Below, one piece after another: positions 48,256 to 57,090 of a DNA stretch of 64,000 bases. Every line of letters starts with the position of its first letter. Within the stretch, counting starts at the first letter, position 1. The stretch comes from a virus: positions 5,317-69,316 of the IMG/VR virus record IMGVR_UViG_3300050821_005524. One strand, 5' to 3'. Position numbers and translations under genes: made by a program. Under the pieces are notes generated by a model. It searched no databases. It saw only the letters and a list, made by a program, of their open reading frames with translations, and was not told the DNA's origin.

Positions 48256-50210
48256 TACTTCGCATCCCCATAACTCTGCCCGAAACTGCACTCCGCGTTC
48301 AGCGGAATATCCGGGCCCCAGGTCGGCGGCCGGCGCATTTCCTCGAGCGCCACACGCATGCAGTCTTCTACCTTATCATCTGGTACAACCCAAATCAATT
48401 CGTCGTGTGCCTGCGAGTTGAACCTGTATCCGCGGGCGCTTATCCTCATGGCAGCTTCCATCGTGTCTATGCGTGCAAGGAATTGTACTATGTTCTCGAG
48501 GAATTTTGCACCGTATATCTTGTGGCTTTCCCCGCCGTAATCGTACCATAGTTCGCGTTTGCAAACCTCCTCATTCCACTCCTCACGAGGGTTGGCGTAC
48601 TGCATGCGCAAACCACCTGGGCCCTCGACAAACCCGCGGCCAATAACACACGGCCCAAACCGCACAGGCAGGGTCTGCCCGATCCACGCCGTTCGTAGAA
48701 TAGTATCCAATTCCCGCCAAGTTTGCACGATCATGCTATGGGTACTCCGGTACGTCCGTACCGAAATCTCCGCAAGCTCGGGTGTCCATACCTTGAGCAA
48801 CGCCTGCATATCCATACCCATGCCGCGGGCCGACCTTATCACCATGTTATAAAACTTATTGTGTCCACACCCATACCCTAAACCAAGTTCACCGCTCTTG
48901 CCGATAAACCGCTCAATCTTATGCACATTCTTGTTTACCTCAAACCCGAATATCTGTGACGCAAGCCGGCTATACGGATCGCCCCCGGTGGCAAATGTCT
49001 CGAGCAAGTCCTGCTGCCCGCACAGCCACGCATTGATGCGGCACTCGATCTGTGCCTTGTCCGCCACTACCACCTTATAACCTGCGGGGGCACATAAGGA
49101 GGCCCGCAGCTTCGACTTTTGCTTACCCCTGCCCGATGGCAGGTTCTGGAAATTAAGCTTCCAGTCGCCGCCTAGGCGGTGCGTGTGCGCCGCGGCATAT
49201 TTAAGGGGGATCGGCATTGTGTGGGGGTGGTGGTGCTTATACTCGTACCCATACCCTCCCCCGTAGAATTCCCATGGAAGCTGTGCCATAGACAGCATGC
49301 GCTCGCCGCGTGTCTGCTCTATGGTCGATCGCAGATCCAGCCTGGCCGCGGCCAGCAGCTGCACAGTTGGGTCGGGGTGCTCCTGCAAGTTTACCATGAA
49401 TTCATCGGTCTTGGAGAAAGCCGGTATACTCAGCTCAGGGTTGGTAGGCGAGGTCTTGTATTCGATATCGACCCCCAGCCGCTTAAGTGTTGCCTCGAAT
49501 TGAGTTGTGCTGCGGAGTGATCGTTTAAATTTCTCCCGGCCATCATCGGTCAGCGGGCACCCTGCCGCTTCGTCTAGCATCGCCAGTCGCTCAGTCCATA
49601 AATCAGACAAGTGGTCTTCTAAAAGCCTGGTATCACATATAAACGCAGGCTCCACGGCGCACCGCAACACATGGTCCATCACCTTGTATTCACTCTTAGG
49701 GAATTCAGGCATGAGGGCATGATAGATGGCCGCGTTCATCTCATTGTCGTTATTAGCGTACTCCTGATAGGCTCGATAGAACACCGCATCGGACACAATA
49801 TCCGCCCGGTGCTTCCCCTTCGCGTCTGCGATCGTAGTGCCCTTGGTGCCACATTTAAGTAGTTCTCCAACAGCAGCAAGGGAATGGCCACGCATGATAT
49901 GACCCCGCAGGGACACGGCCATTCGCATGGTGCAGAACATTCGAGCGGGGACAAAGCCGTACCGCCAAGCAAGGATGCAGTTGTCGAACAAGGCATTGAA
50001 CGCCACCGTTGCGGTTTGCCTGGGGTCGAACTGGGCAAGGTAGGCCGGTATGTCCGGGGCATCCACGTACCGTGCCGGCGCATCGCCTTCCTTGAACGAG
50101 CACCCGATCGCCTCGAACCGCGGGTCCAGGATATAGTTAGGCGGCGCCATCTTGCGCAGCGAAAAGTCGCTATCGTAATAGCTTTCGAAGTCAAAAAATA
50201 GAATTTTCAT
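48255..50210 (-). CDS. DNA polymerase family A with 3'-5' exonuclease
   Basis: FDFESY, FNALFD; motif A ADKAQIECR, motif B RFIGKSGELGLGYG (Leu at the 762-equivalent), motif C AHDEL. Confidence 0.9.
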   Translation of the reverse strand: MKILFFDFESYYDSDFSLRKMAPPNYILDPRFEAIGCSFKEGDAPARYVDAPDIPAYLAQFDPRQTATVAFNALFDNCILAWRYGFVPARMFCTMRMAVSLRGHIMRGHSLAAVGELLKCGTKGTTIADAKGKHRADIVSDAVFYRAYQEYANNDNEMNAAIYHALMPEFPKSEYKVMDHVLRCAVEPAFICDTRLLEDHLSDLWTERLAMLDEAAGCPLTDDGREKFKRSLRSTTQFEATLKRLGVDIEYKTSPTNPELSIPAFSKTDEFMVNLQEHPDPTVQLLAAARLDLRSTIEQTRGERMLSMAQLPWEFYGGGYGYEYKHHHPHTMPIPLKYAAAHTHRLGGDWKLNFQNLPSGRGKQKSKLRASLCAPAGYKVVVADKAQIECRINAWLCGQQDLLETFATGGDPYSRLASQIFGFEVNKNVHKIERFIGKSGELGLGYGCGHNKFYNMVIRSARGMGMDMQALLKVWTPELAEISVRTYRSTHSMIVQTWRELDTILRTAWIGQTLPVRFGPCVIGRGFVEGPGGLRMQYANPREEWNEEVCKRELWYDYGGESHKIYGAKFLENIVQFLARIDTMEAAMRISARGYRFNSQAHDELIWVVPDDKVEDCMRVALEEMRRPPTWGPDIPLNAECSFGQSYGDAK

Positions 50211-50213
50211 GCG

Positions 50214-50459
50214 CTACTCCGACCACTCGTGCCATTCCGCGCATGGCAGATCGACAACCCTAGTAGGTTCGCCAAGCTCAATTTTCAGCACGGATTGCTC
50301 TTGGGGAAACCGCTTCGAGTCTGAAAAGTCTAGGCCAAATTTAAAAACCTTGCCCGCCGCCGCCTGCCTCTTGGCGTCGTCAAGGGTCTCCGCAACGGCG
50401 ATAACCCACGACTCGCCATATGCAACTTTATAGGGGTTAGCCCAAAAGTAAAGTTTCAT
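50214..50459 (-). CDS. Hypothetical protein
   Basis: MKLYFW...IAVAETLDDAK. Confidence 0.6.
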   Translation of the reverse strand: MKLYFWANPYKVAYGESWVIAVAETLDDAKRQAAAGKVFKFGLDFSDSKRFPQEQSVLKIELGEPTRVVDLPCAEWHEWSE

Positions 50460-51004
50460 GCCACAGCTATCCTTACCCGCCCCCAAATTGAACGCGGCGA
50501 CGGGCCGCACACGAAGAAAACGCACAGCGCAAACAACACGCCAGGGATACCAGTACCCACGATCGGGCCTGGAACGGTTGACAGGGTGCCGGTGGGCAAG
50601 CTTACCGGTAATGCTGGCGTACCTCCCGCACTATCCCCACCACTATCCCCACCACCGTTAGCAGAGCCACCAACAGCACCGCCGACGCCACCAACCATAC
50701 CTCCACCAACACCACCTGCTTCAAAACTTCCATTGCCGCCTCCTATTGTTGCCTCACCACCACTACCAGAACCACCCACACCACCACAACCCTCCCACCA
50801 CCGATCACGCCGGAAATGCCTCTTGTGAAAGCATTGACGGGTGATATAGTGATGGATGTTATGGTGCACGTGTGTTACTTCTATTGGTTGCATGCACGTG
50901 CAAATATTCGCATGCGCTGGCAGGGCGAACAGCACAACGCTAGCAAGGAGAACGGCCTTCAGCCGCCCTCTTTGCTTCGATAAATGATGGATAGTCGCCA
51001 ACAT
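50456..51004 (-). CDS. Secreted Gly-rich protein with VPGP (PEP-CTERM-like) sorting signal
   Basis: Signal peptide AVLLASVVLFALPAHA; TVPGPIVGTGIPGVLFAL. Confidence 0.6.
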   Translation of the reverse strand: MLATIHHLSKQRGRLKAVLLASVVLFALPAHANICTCMQPIEVTHVHHNIHHYITRQCFHKRHFRRDRWWEGCGGVGGSGSGGEATIGGGNGSFEAGGVGGGMVGGVGGAVGGSANGGGDSGGDSAGGTPALPVSLPTGTLSTVPGPIVGTGIPGVLFALCVFFVCGPSPRSIWGRVRIAVA

Positions 51005-51173
51005 GGCCTGATGTGCCCTTGTTCATATCAAGCCTGAACAGCGCCCACGTGAGGCCCGTCCACACGGTGTACACCATGTCGGGCGACTGGCGCAACACAA
51101 TAACGGTGTCAGGCGGAATAGCGCCTCTACCGGGGGCAAGGTCGCAATCGTACTGGCTAGCTGCAAAACTCAT
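50940..51173 (-). CDS. Hypothetical early protein
   Basis: ATGA-coupled chain. Confidence 0.5.
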   Translation of the reverse strand: MSFAASQYDCDLAPGRGAIPPDTVIVLRQSPDMVYTVWTGLTWALFRLDMNKGTSGHVGDYPSFIEAKRAAEGRSPC

Positions 51174-51358
51174 CTTTCGGCCTCCATAGGCTCAATAAAA
51201 ACCGCCACGCCCCGGCACTCGGCACAGAACCAGTAATCAGGGTTGCGCGGTTCGTCGTATTCATGACTCACCCGGTGGCACTGTTCGCAACGGCAAAGAA
51301 CACGTTTGCGCGTGCCACGGTTATCCGGTTCCGTCGTTTGCCGGTGGTCGTATGTCAT
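51170..51358 (-). CDS. Small Zn-finger early protein
   Basis: CEQC...CAEC. Confidence 0.55.
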   Translation of the reverse strand: MTYDHRQTTEPDNRGTRKRVLCRCEQCHRVSHEYDEPRNPDYWFCAECRGVAVFIEPMEAER

Positions 51359-51522
51359 GGTGCTACCTTTCCATAAATCCGATCCATTTCTTCAACAAGT
51401 TCACGAGCGTAGTCGACGCATTCCATCAGGCGTTCGCCGTTGACGCTATCGGAAGCCGCAACTATGTCCCGCAGCAATTCCAACATAACATATTCATCGT
51501 CGCTCATGGTGCTACCTTTCCA
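51355..51522 (-). repeat. 19-bp direct repeats flanking a 50-codon gene (51355-51507)
   Basis: TCATGGTGCTACCTTTCCA at 51355-51373 and 51504-51522. Confidence 0.9.
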
Positions 51523-52037
51523 GTGTTGTCCTCTTTTATCTTCACCCTCGCAACGGCAAGTTTTGCCGTGTGCCACGCAATCTGTTTTTCTGCATCTTGT
51601 ATGCATTTTTTGTGGTAGCGCGCATGCCATGCCCAGGATTTCAATGGCTTTTCCTTGTGATTGATTCGCTCGCGCTCTTGACGGTCATGTTCGGCGGCGA
51701 TTTGGGTCGCGCGGGCAAAGGCGTCCTCTTCATTATCGAACAAATCCTCTTCGTCCACTCTGTAGGAGTCTACGGTTTGCCACTCGGTTTTACCGCCCCG
51801 CATTTCCAGGCCAGTGATTGATGTTGGACGGGCGGTCGGCTTACGACCGTGCGTTGAAATGCGCCCCGTCGGAGGATAGTATCCGCGCCGGCACCCTTCA
51901 CATTCGATAGAGACAATTGTGTCATCTGGCAGCATGACGCGCGCTATGCCGGAACCGGCGCAGTCGGGGCAAGTTACATATGATTCTGATATGTCGAAGG
52001 ATGCACGCCAAACTTGTTGGCCTATTTGGTATTTCAT
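51504..52037 (-). CDS. Hypothetical early protein with CxxCxGxG motifs
   Basis: MKYQIGQQVW..CPDCAGSG..CEGC. Confidence 0.65.
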   Translation of the reverse strand: MKYQIGQQVWRASFDISESYVTCPDCAGSGIARVMLPDDTIVSIECEGCRRGYYPPTGRISTHGRKPTARPTSITGLEMRGGKTEWQTVDSYRVDEEDLFDNEEDAFARATQIAAEHDRQERERINHKEKPLKSWAWHARYHKKCIQDAEKQIAWHTAKLAVARVKIKEDNTGKVAP

Positions 52038-52144
52038 AGCTATCCTCGCACAGGTATCGGGGGGCGCAAGGCGAAAGGAGGAAAACTCCTCACGCCCCCC
52101 GTCGCGCTTAACGCTCTTAACGGCTGTTACATGCAGCTGGAGCG

Positions 52145-52426
52145 TCAGCACAATCCATCGTCGGGAATATCTTTTAACGGCGTGTAATCCGGCGCCTCCA
52201 GAAGATCGGATACGCGCGCCTCGCATACAGCAACTAAACCCTTTTCAGTGTCCCAGCGATAGTTCACGGGGTCGTCACTTTCGACCGCGCGTGTATCTTT
52301 TACCGCAAACCAGCGCATTGACAGATTCGCCACATTGGCCATAGCTTCCAACTTTGTGGCAAAGCGCAACGCGTTACCGTACCACTGGCCAGTGCTATCC
52401 GTTTGAACCTCTGGCTTCCATGACAT
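52145..52426 (-). CDS. Hypothetical early protein
   Basis: AAGGA RBS; WKPEV..NALRFAT..EA. Confidence 0.65.
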   Translation of the reverse strand: MSWKPEVQTDSTGQWYGNALRFATKLEAMANVANLSMRWFAVKDTRAVESDDPVNYRWDTEKGLVAVCEARVSDLLEAPDYTPLKDIPDDGLC

Positions 52427-52441
52427 TTGTGTTATCCTTTC

Positions 52442-53074
52442 CTAGTGTTTGTGATATGAAACGTGTGCAACGTCAGTTGACCAGCATGCCCGGCACCGCC
52501 CGCAATTGTTGTTCTGCTTTGGTGCCGGGCATACATGCGTGGTCTTTGGTGGTGTTACATGGTGGTGCACTCCGCTTGTGGTTGGCCAAGCTCTAGTACC
52601 TTGTCCGTCAACCATGGCCGCGGATACGCGGATAGTCAAGTTATTTGGCACAATTCCACCGTGCTTCACGTAATCGTGAACTATACCCAGCTCGCGCGTT
52701 GGGAGCCAATGCCGGATTTTCGGCGTCAGGGCGGCAACGGCGCAGATTTTGGTTAAGTGCTCGACCGATTGCAGATCGCCGCTATCGTGCCAGCGGTGCC
52801 ATTTAGCCTTGGCGCGTTCCAGCATTGTCACCACTGCCATCGTCCAAAGCGGACTGGCAATGCCTGCCAGGCGTTTAGCGTGTGCCTTGGCTACGCTGGA
52901 ATACTGGTAATTGCCTTTCAAGGCGTAACAGCCGTGGCATACACTCCCTTCGATCTTAGCCAGCTTAGCGCCGATATGGCACGCGTGAGCGCTTATGCCA
53001 TAGGACGTGCCCGGCATCTTGCTAGGGTAGCCTAAGGAGCCGGCAACGGCTTGGGCCACTTTGAGTGTCATCAT
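52442..53074 (-). CDS. Gp88-like Cys-rich (radical-SAM-like) phage protein
   Basis: SKMPG..C..GSVCHGCYA, RWHDSGD, HWLPTRE, CGRCRACW. Confidence 0.7.
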   Translation of the reverse strand: MMTLKVAQAVAGSLGYPSKMPGTSYGISAHACHIGAKLAKIEGSVCHGCYALKGNYQYSSVAKAHAKRLAGIASPLWTMAVVTMLERAKAKWHRWHDSGDLQSVEHLTKICAVAALTPKIRHWLPTRELGIVHDYVKHGGIVPNNLTIRVSAAMVDGQGTRAWPTTSGVHHHVTPPKTTHVCPAPKQNNNCGRCRACWSTDVAHVSYHKH

Positions 53075-53322
53075 TGTGTACGCTCCATTTCGTTAGCGCG
53101 TCCGCCTTTTTTTTGGTGGAACACACCTGGCACTAACGTCAATTCAGGTGCAAGCCAACGCAACTCAGCAACATTGCCCGAGCGCAAATTACAGTCGGGG
53201 TGCCAGTACAACTCGAACCACGCGTCATCCGCATAAATCAAACGAGTTATGCGATACCACCGTTTCGCGCGCTTACCTTGCGAATTAGCGTGGTAAGCTA
53301 TCGCCCATACAGGGTCGCTCAT
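53071..53322 (-). CDS. Hypothetical early protein
   Basis: Coupled chain. Confidence 0.5.
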   Translation of the reverse strand: MSDPVWAIAYHANSQGKRAKRWYRITRLIYADDAWFELYWHPDCNLRSGNVAELRWLAPELTLVPGVFHQKKGGRANEMERTQ

Positions 53323-53528
53323 GGGGTTTGTCCCTTCACAAGTGAAACGGTTACACGATCGTATGACGCAAATGCGTCACGCCATTGACCATTAGCCCAC
53401 ATAGCGTCGCGCGCTTCCCACTTGGCGAATTGCTTGTTTATGGTGTTCACCACAATAGCGGCTAGCATGGTGTTACCGTTGTAGTAGCGAATGCACCATT
53501 TGCGTACTTCGGGGATGTTGCGGGACAT
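53319..53528 (-). CDS. Hypothetical early protein
   Basis: GGAG RBS before MSRNIPE. Confidence 0.5.
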   Translation of the reverse strand: MSRNIPEVRKWCIRYYNGNTMLAAIVVNTINKQFAKWEARDAMWANGQWRDAFASYDRVTVSLVKGQTP

Positions 53529-53532
53529 GGCA

Positions 53533-53853
53533 CTACTCCACACCCACATATTCTTGAAACGTGACGGTCTTGCGCCCGATAGAAACCGTTTGAGCCCTGC
53601 AGTCCAGCACAATCAACGGGTGGTCAAGGTCACCATGCTTGGCAGTGCCAATGCCAAAGCCGGTTTCATTCGCTTCTGCGCCCTTTATCATTTCGCAAAA
53701 AACAATCCGGGCGAGGTATTCGGGATCAGCCCAACGCCATTGCTTTGCCAATGCCGTTTTCACAGTGTCAGCTAGTTCACTGCCGTTCGAATGGGTGTAC
53801 AAATACACTTTACGCTTCCCGTCTTTAATCGCAACTTGTGCTCGATCGCCCAT
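53533..53853 (-). CDS. Hypothetical early protein
   Basis: MGDRAQV..VYLYTHSNG..DPEYLARIVF. Confidence 0.65.
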   Translation of the reverse strand: MGDRAQVAIKDGKRKVYLYTHSNGSELADTVKTALAKQWRWADPEYLARIVFCEMIKGAEANETGFGIGTAKHGDLDHPLIVLDCRAQTVSIGRKTVTFQEYVGVE

Positions 53854-54059
53854 TGTAATCATCCTTTCATGGTTGAACGGCTGTAAGAGTAGCATACACT
53901 CCGGGCGCCGTGACATTACCGGAAAGTTAAATTTAGTGGCAAGGCGTGACGGTTCGACTAGTCGAACCGTCCTACTTTGTCACTTGCCATATCTGTATTG
54001 CAGCCATGACCAAATGGCGAGAAGGCGCAGGCGTTGCAGTTTTTTCCATTGTTTGTGTG

Positions 54060-54278
54060 TCATCGTAGCACCTTTGCTGCCTTTAAGCGTGCCCCAGAGC
54101 ATAAAGACAATTCGCCGGTTTCACGGTCACGGAACCAATAGGTTACATCGGTACCGCCATAATCGTTAAACCGTTCCATGTAGCCTATGTGATCAACGCC
54201 GGCAGCATCCTGATAAGCCCATTTTGGGCCGCTTGCCTTTGCCGCTAGCCACTCAGGTGTTCCAGGTGTACATGCCAT
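54060..54278 (-). CDS. Hypothetical early protein
   Basis: GGAGA RBS. Confidence 0.55.
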   Translation of the reverse strand: MACTPGTPEWLAAKASGPKWAYQDAAGVDHIGYMERFNDYGGTDVTYWFRDRETGELSLCSGARLKAAKVLR

Positions 54279-54347
54279 TGTATTTCTCCATTTCCGGCAT
54301 TGATGGCCGTTCTAGCCTACCGCAGTGGATAGGCTAGGGCTGCAACC

Positions 54348-54590
54348 CTACAGACCGCATCCGGCATTGTGCGCCGCTAGCGCGGCCGTTTTCCAATCAC
54401 TTTGGTCGACAGGAAAGGTATGGACGCGGCTGCTATAACCATAACCGCGCGCATTTACAGAAACATATTGCAACGCAGCATTTAAATCGTCGTCTGTGCC
54501 TTTCGCGACCCACAACGCCGCAAGTATTTCGCCGTCATGTCCGGGACGTGTATCATTCCAGGTTATTACGATGGTTTTCTGGTCTGTCAT
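54348..54590 (-). CDS. First gene of the leftward early operon
   Basis: TAAGGAG RBS; promoter just upstream. Confidence 0.6.
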   Translation of the reverse strand: MTDQKTIVITWNDTRPGHDGEILAALWVAKGTDDDLNAALQYVSVNARGYGYSSRVHTFPVDQSDWKTAALAAHNAGCGL

Positions 54591-54628
54591 GCTCGTTACT
54601 CCTTAGGTCGGGTTGTGGTGACGCACGT

Positions 54629-54658
54629 AAGATAGGTCTTATCCGCAAGGCTAGTCAA
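54629..54658 (-). promoter_or_regulatory. Sigma70-type early promoter
   Basis: TTGACT-N18-TATCTT on the minus strand. Confidence 0.55.
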
Positions 54659-55314
54659 TTCACGGAAGCGTGATTTTGATCACAAACACGTGATAACGGC
54701 GCTGGAATACGGCATGGGAGAGCCAGCCGCCAGGCTAATTGACACTAATACCGGTCCTATTAGTATCTATATATATATTTTGAATAAGTAATTGTAATAG
54801 TGAGTTGTGTAACGTATAGGTTGCATCCCTATATGCTATAGGTTGTATACAACCGCATAATACACTTCATTATTCAAAATAACCGCTCTCCTGCCGAAAC
54901 TACCCTGCATTAGACCATTAACACGTGTAAACCATTGCACGGTCTGCACTTATCCTGTGTACGCTCCGCTCCCAGCTGCCGTGTAACCGCACCAGATCGT
55001 CCTCCATTAGCCCCTACGCTGGTGACACTCTGGTAATCTTTGACCTGAAATAACGCGCTACAGGCCTTCCTAGACGGTTGTAATGCCCCATCGTTAGGTT
55101 GTAATAAGGTTGTAGTCCGATCTGGTTGCAGCTCGGTCAGGACATTATTTATTGCATTTCGCGTTGGCACGGTGAAACGGCGACACCTGGCGCGCGTGGT
55201 ACGGTTGCACCGTGCTACGGGGGAAGGGCTACCCCCACCCCCCACTTGGACACCGGGGTGGCCTGCGCGCGAAGAAAGCCCCCTTTAAAAATGTGTAGCC
55301 CGTAAAAAGGTATA

Positions 55315-55343
55315 TTGACAAAACCGGAAAAAATATATAGGTT
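55315..55343 (+). promoter_or_regulatory. Sigma70-type promoter, leaderless geometry
   Basis: TTGACA-N17-TAGGTT-N6-ATG. Confidence 0.65.
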
Positions 55344-55349
55344 GCGTTC

Positions 55350-55772
55350 ATGGTATCACATTGGTCTGACCCACACGCGCTGTATCGGATTTTTGACAGG
55401 AATGGAACCTTGCTCTATGTTGGGTGCTCGTACGCTTTGTGTAGTAGGTTGGGCCACCATGGTGTGATGCAACCGTGGATACATGAGGTTGCCACGATTA
55501 AGGTGGAATGGTACCACGATGAGATAACTGGACGGCGAGCGGAAGCCGCCGCTATACTTTCAGAGTGTCCCAAGTATAACCGGTTAAAGATTAAACCCGA
55601 TGCGGTTGGTATCAGTGGGCAGGCGCCACTGGAACGTCGGCCGCGGGGGGACGGTACCAAATGCCCGCGGTGCGGGAACCCGAAAGAAGACACGCGTGTG
55701 GGCAGAGCGTACTGCAACCCATGCTACCGTGAATATCAGGCGGCACGGCGGCTCAGAAGTAAGGCAACATGA
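55350..55772 (+). CDS. GIY-YIG nuclease with C-terminal Zn finger
   Basis: LYRIFD..LLYVG..RL..H..AE..AI..E.PKYN; CPRCG..CNPC. Confidence 0.75.
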   Translation: MVSHWSDPHALYRIFDRNGTLLYVGCSYALCSRLGHHGVMQPWIHEVATIKVEWYHDEITGRRAEAAAILSECPKYNRLKIKPDAVGISGQAPLERRPRGDGTKCPRCGNPKEDTRVGRAYCNPCYREYQAARRLRSKAT

Positions 55773-55987
55773 CCGATTACCGCCGCATGGTATGGCAGTA
55801 CTGGGCCAACAGGGTTTCCTGGTGGGTGGTCTGCGTATGTATCGTTGCGGGGGCGGATGAAGTTGTGGATGCTATGCGGCACCACTTCCCTTGGTGGGAG
55901 GACGCGGTCGGTGTTGCCACGCTAGTAACACTTGTAGTTGCAAGCTTTATACACAAGTACACCAAGATGTACCGGTGGGACCTGTAA
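55769..55987 (+). CDS. Small two-TM membrane protein
   Basis: Two hydrophobic segments; ATGA coupling. Confidence 0.55.
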   Translation: MTDYRRMVWQYWANRVSWWVVCVCIVAGADEVVDAMRHHFPWWEDAVGVATLVTLVVASFIHKYTKMYRWDL

Positions 55988-56040
55988 ACATTAACAACTT
56001 GTAATTAAACCAACGCCCGTAAATCACCCGTTAACTGCGG

Positions 56041-56126
56041 GAGTTGGCTCACCGGCGGGCCGAGTCCGTACTCTCCAAGCCCTAGTATGTACACCTCCCA
56101 GGGCGTGCCCGCCGGCTCGCGCCCCC
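56041..56126 (-). ncRNA. Candidate structured small RNA 2
   Basis: Stem GCCGGCGGGC/GCCCGCCGGT enclosing two hairpins; own TTGACA-N17-TAAGCA promoter (56155-56127). Confidence 0.45.
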
Positions 56127-56157
56127 TGCTTAATTTAAAAACCCAACAATGTCAATG

Positions 56158-56281
56158 GGTGCCCCCCGGAGGACCAACCAAGTGCATCGCACCCTCTTCA
56201 CCCTGCCGAGCTTAAAGAGATCAGCGAGACGGGGGTTGAACCCGTAGCCAGGGTCGGCAGACCCGTACACCGGGGAGCACC
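56158..56281 (-). ncRNA. Candidate structured small RNA 1 (about 124 nt)
   Basis: 12-bp closing stem GGTGCTCCCCGG/CCGGGGGGCACC; inner CTGCCGA/TCGGCAG; T-arm-like ACGGG-TTCAACC-CCCGT; TTGACA-N16-TATGGA upstream. Confidence 0.5.
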
Positions 56282-56387
56282 TTTTCCATAACACGAGCCA
56301 GGCTCCTGTCAAGGGGATTAATTCCCGAAAAGCTGGGCTATTAATCCCCCTGTTGCATTTGCCCCAGGAATGGGTTAGTTGGTAACC

Positions 56388-56627
56388 ATGAAACGCAAAC
56401 ACCGTAAAATTACACAGGTGTACGACGGTGAGAGGTATTTACGCGCTCCAGTTGAAGTCCTTATATGCTGCGGCTGTGGGCTAACCCACATAACACACGT
56501 TCGCCACATGGCTGGTAAAACGTATGAAACGATGTGGGTGGACAACCGCCGTACCGCTAACGCACGCCGCGGGAAGAGGTACAAGGGCCTGCGCCTTCCA
56601 GTTGACAAAGGTAAAACAGCTAGCTAA
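56388..56627 (+). CDS. Small basic Cys-containing protein
   Basis: CCGCGLTH; TTGCAT-N17-TAGTTG-N6-ATG. Confidence 0.6.
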   Translation: MKRKHRKITQVYDGERYLRAPVEVLICCGCGLTHITHVRHMAGKTYETMWVDNRRTANARRGKRYKGLRLPVDKGKTAS

Positions 56628-56637
56628 TTTCCCCGAC

Positions 56638-56853
56638 ATGACAAACGAAGAGCTTGACACCGTTATTGACGCCTTGAACCAGGGCGCTAAGTGTCTCCTC
56701 GAGTGCCTGGAGGAAATCCAGGACTGGCGCGACTGCGCCCGTTACGACCCCTGTATGGAAGGCCCCCGGTTTAAAGGCTGGGACCGTTCGGCCCTTGACC
56801 GCTGCCGTAAGAAATACGTGGAACCAGTATGCCCACCAAAGACCCCCACATAG
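56638..56853 (+). CDS. Hypothetical protein
   Basis: TTGACA-N17-TAATTT-N7-ATG; MEGPRFKGWDRSALDRCR. Confidence 0.6.
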   Translation: MTNEELDTVIDALNQGAKCLLECLEEIQDWRDCARYDPCMEGPRFKGWDRSALDRCRKKYVEPVCPPKTPT

Positions 56854-57056
56854 CCCTGATCGACGCCCACGAGAAGTTGCACCGTATAAAGGTGAAACTG
56901 CGGGAAGCGATGGCGCTGCTGAAGAGCAAAGCGTCAAGGGGGCAGCTTAGTCAGGCTGACCTGCTGATGGTTATGGCTATTCAGCGGGAGGCAACAGACG
57001 CGACCCGCCGGGTGCAGGACGAGTTGTACGAGGAGCTGGAGAGCCACGAGCGGTAA
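56829..57056 (+). CDS. Small coiled-coil protein
   Basis: Helical 75 aa ORF. Confidence 0.5.
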   Translation: MPTKDPHIALIDAHEKLHRIKVKLREAMALLKSKASRGQLSQADLLMVMAIQREATDATRRVQDELYEELESHER

Positions 57057-57090
57057 CTAAACCGTAACACCCTTCCCCCACACTCCCCCA

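Noticed and set aside
46388-50210. Z-base or 7-deazaguanine genome modification system
   Set aside because: No purZ, dpdA, queC/D/E or folE visible; only the diphosphohydrolase is present
54910-55245. 111-aa minus-strand ORF in the control region
   Set aside because: Non-ATG start, no RBS, no protein-like features
56130-56402. 90-aa minus-strand ORF
   Set aside because: No RBS or recognisable motif; overlaps promoters and is better explained as structured RNA
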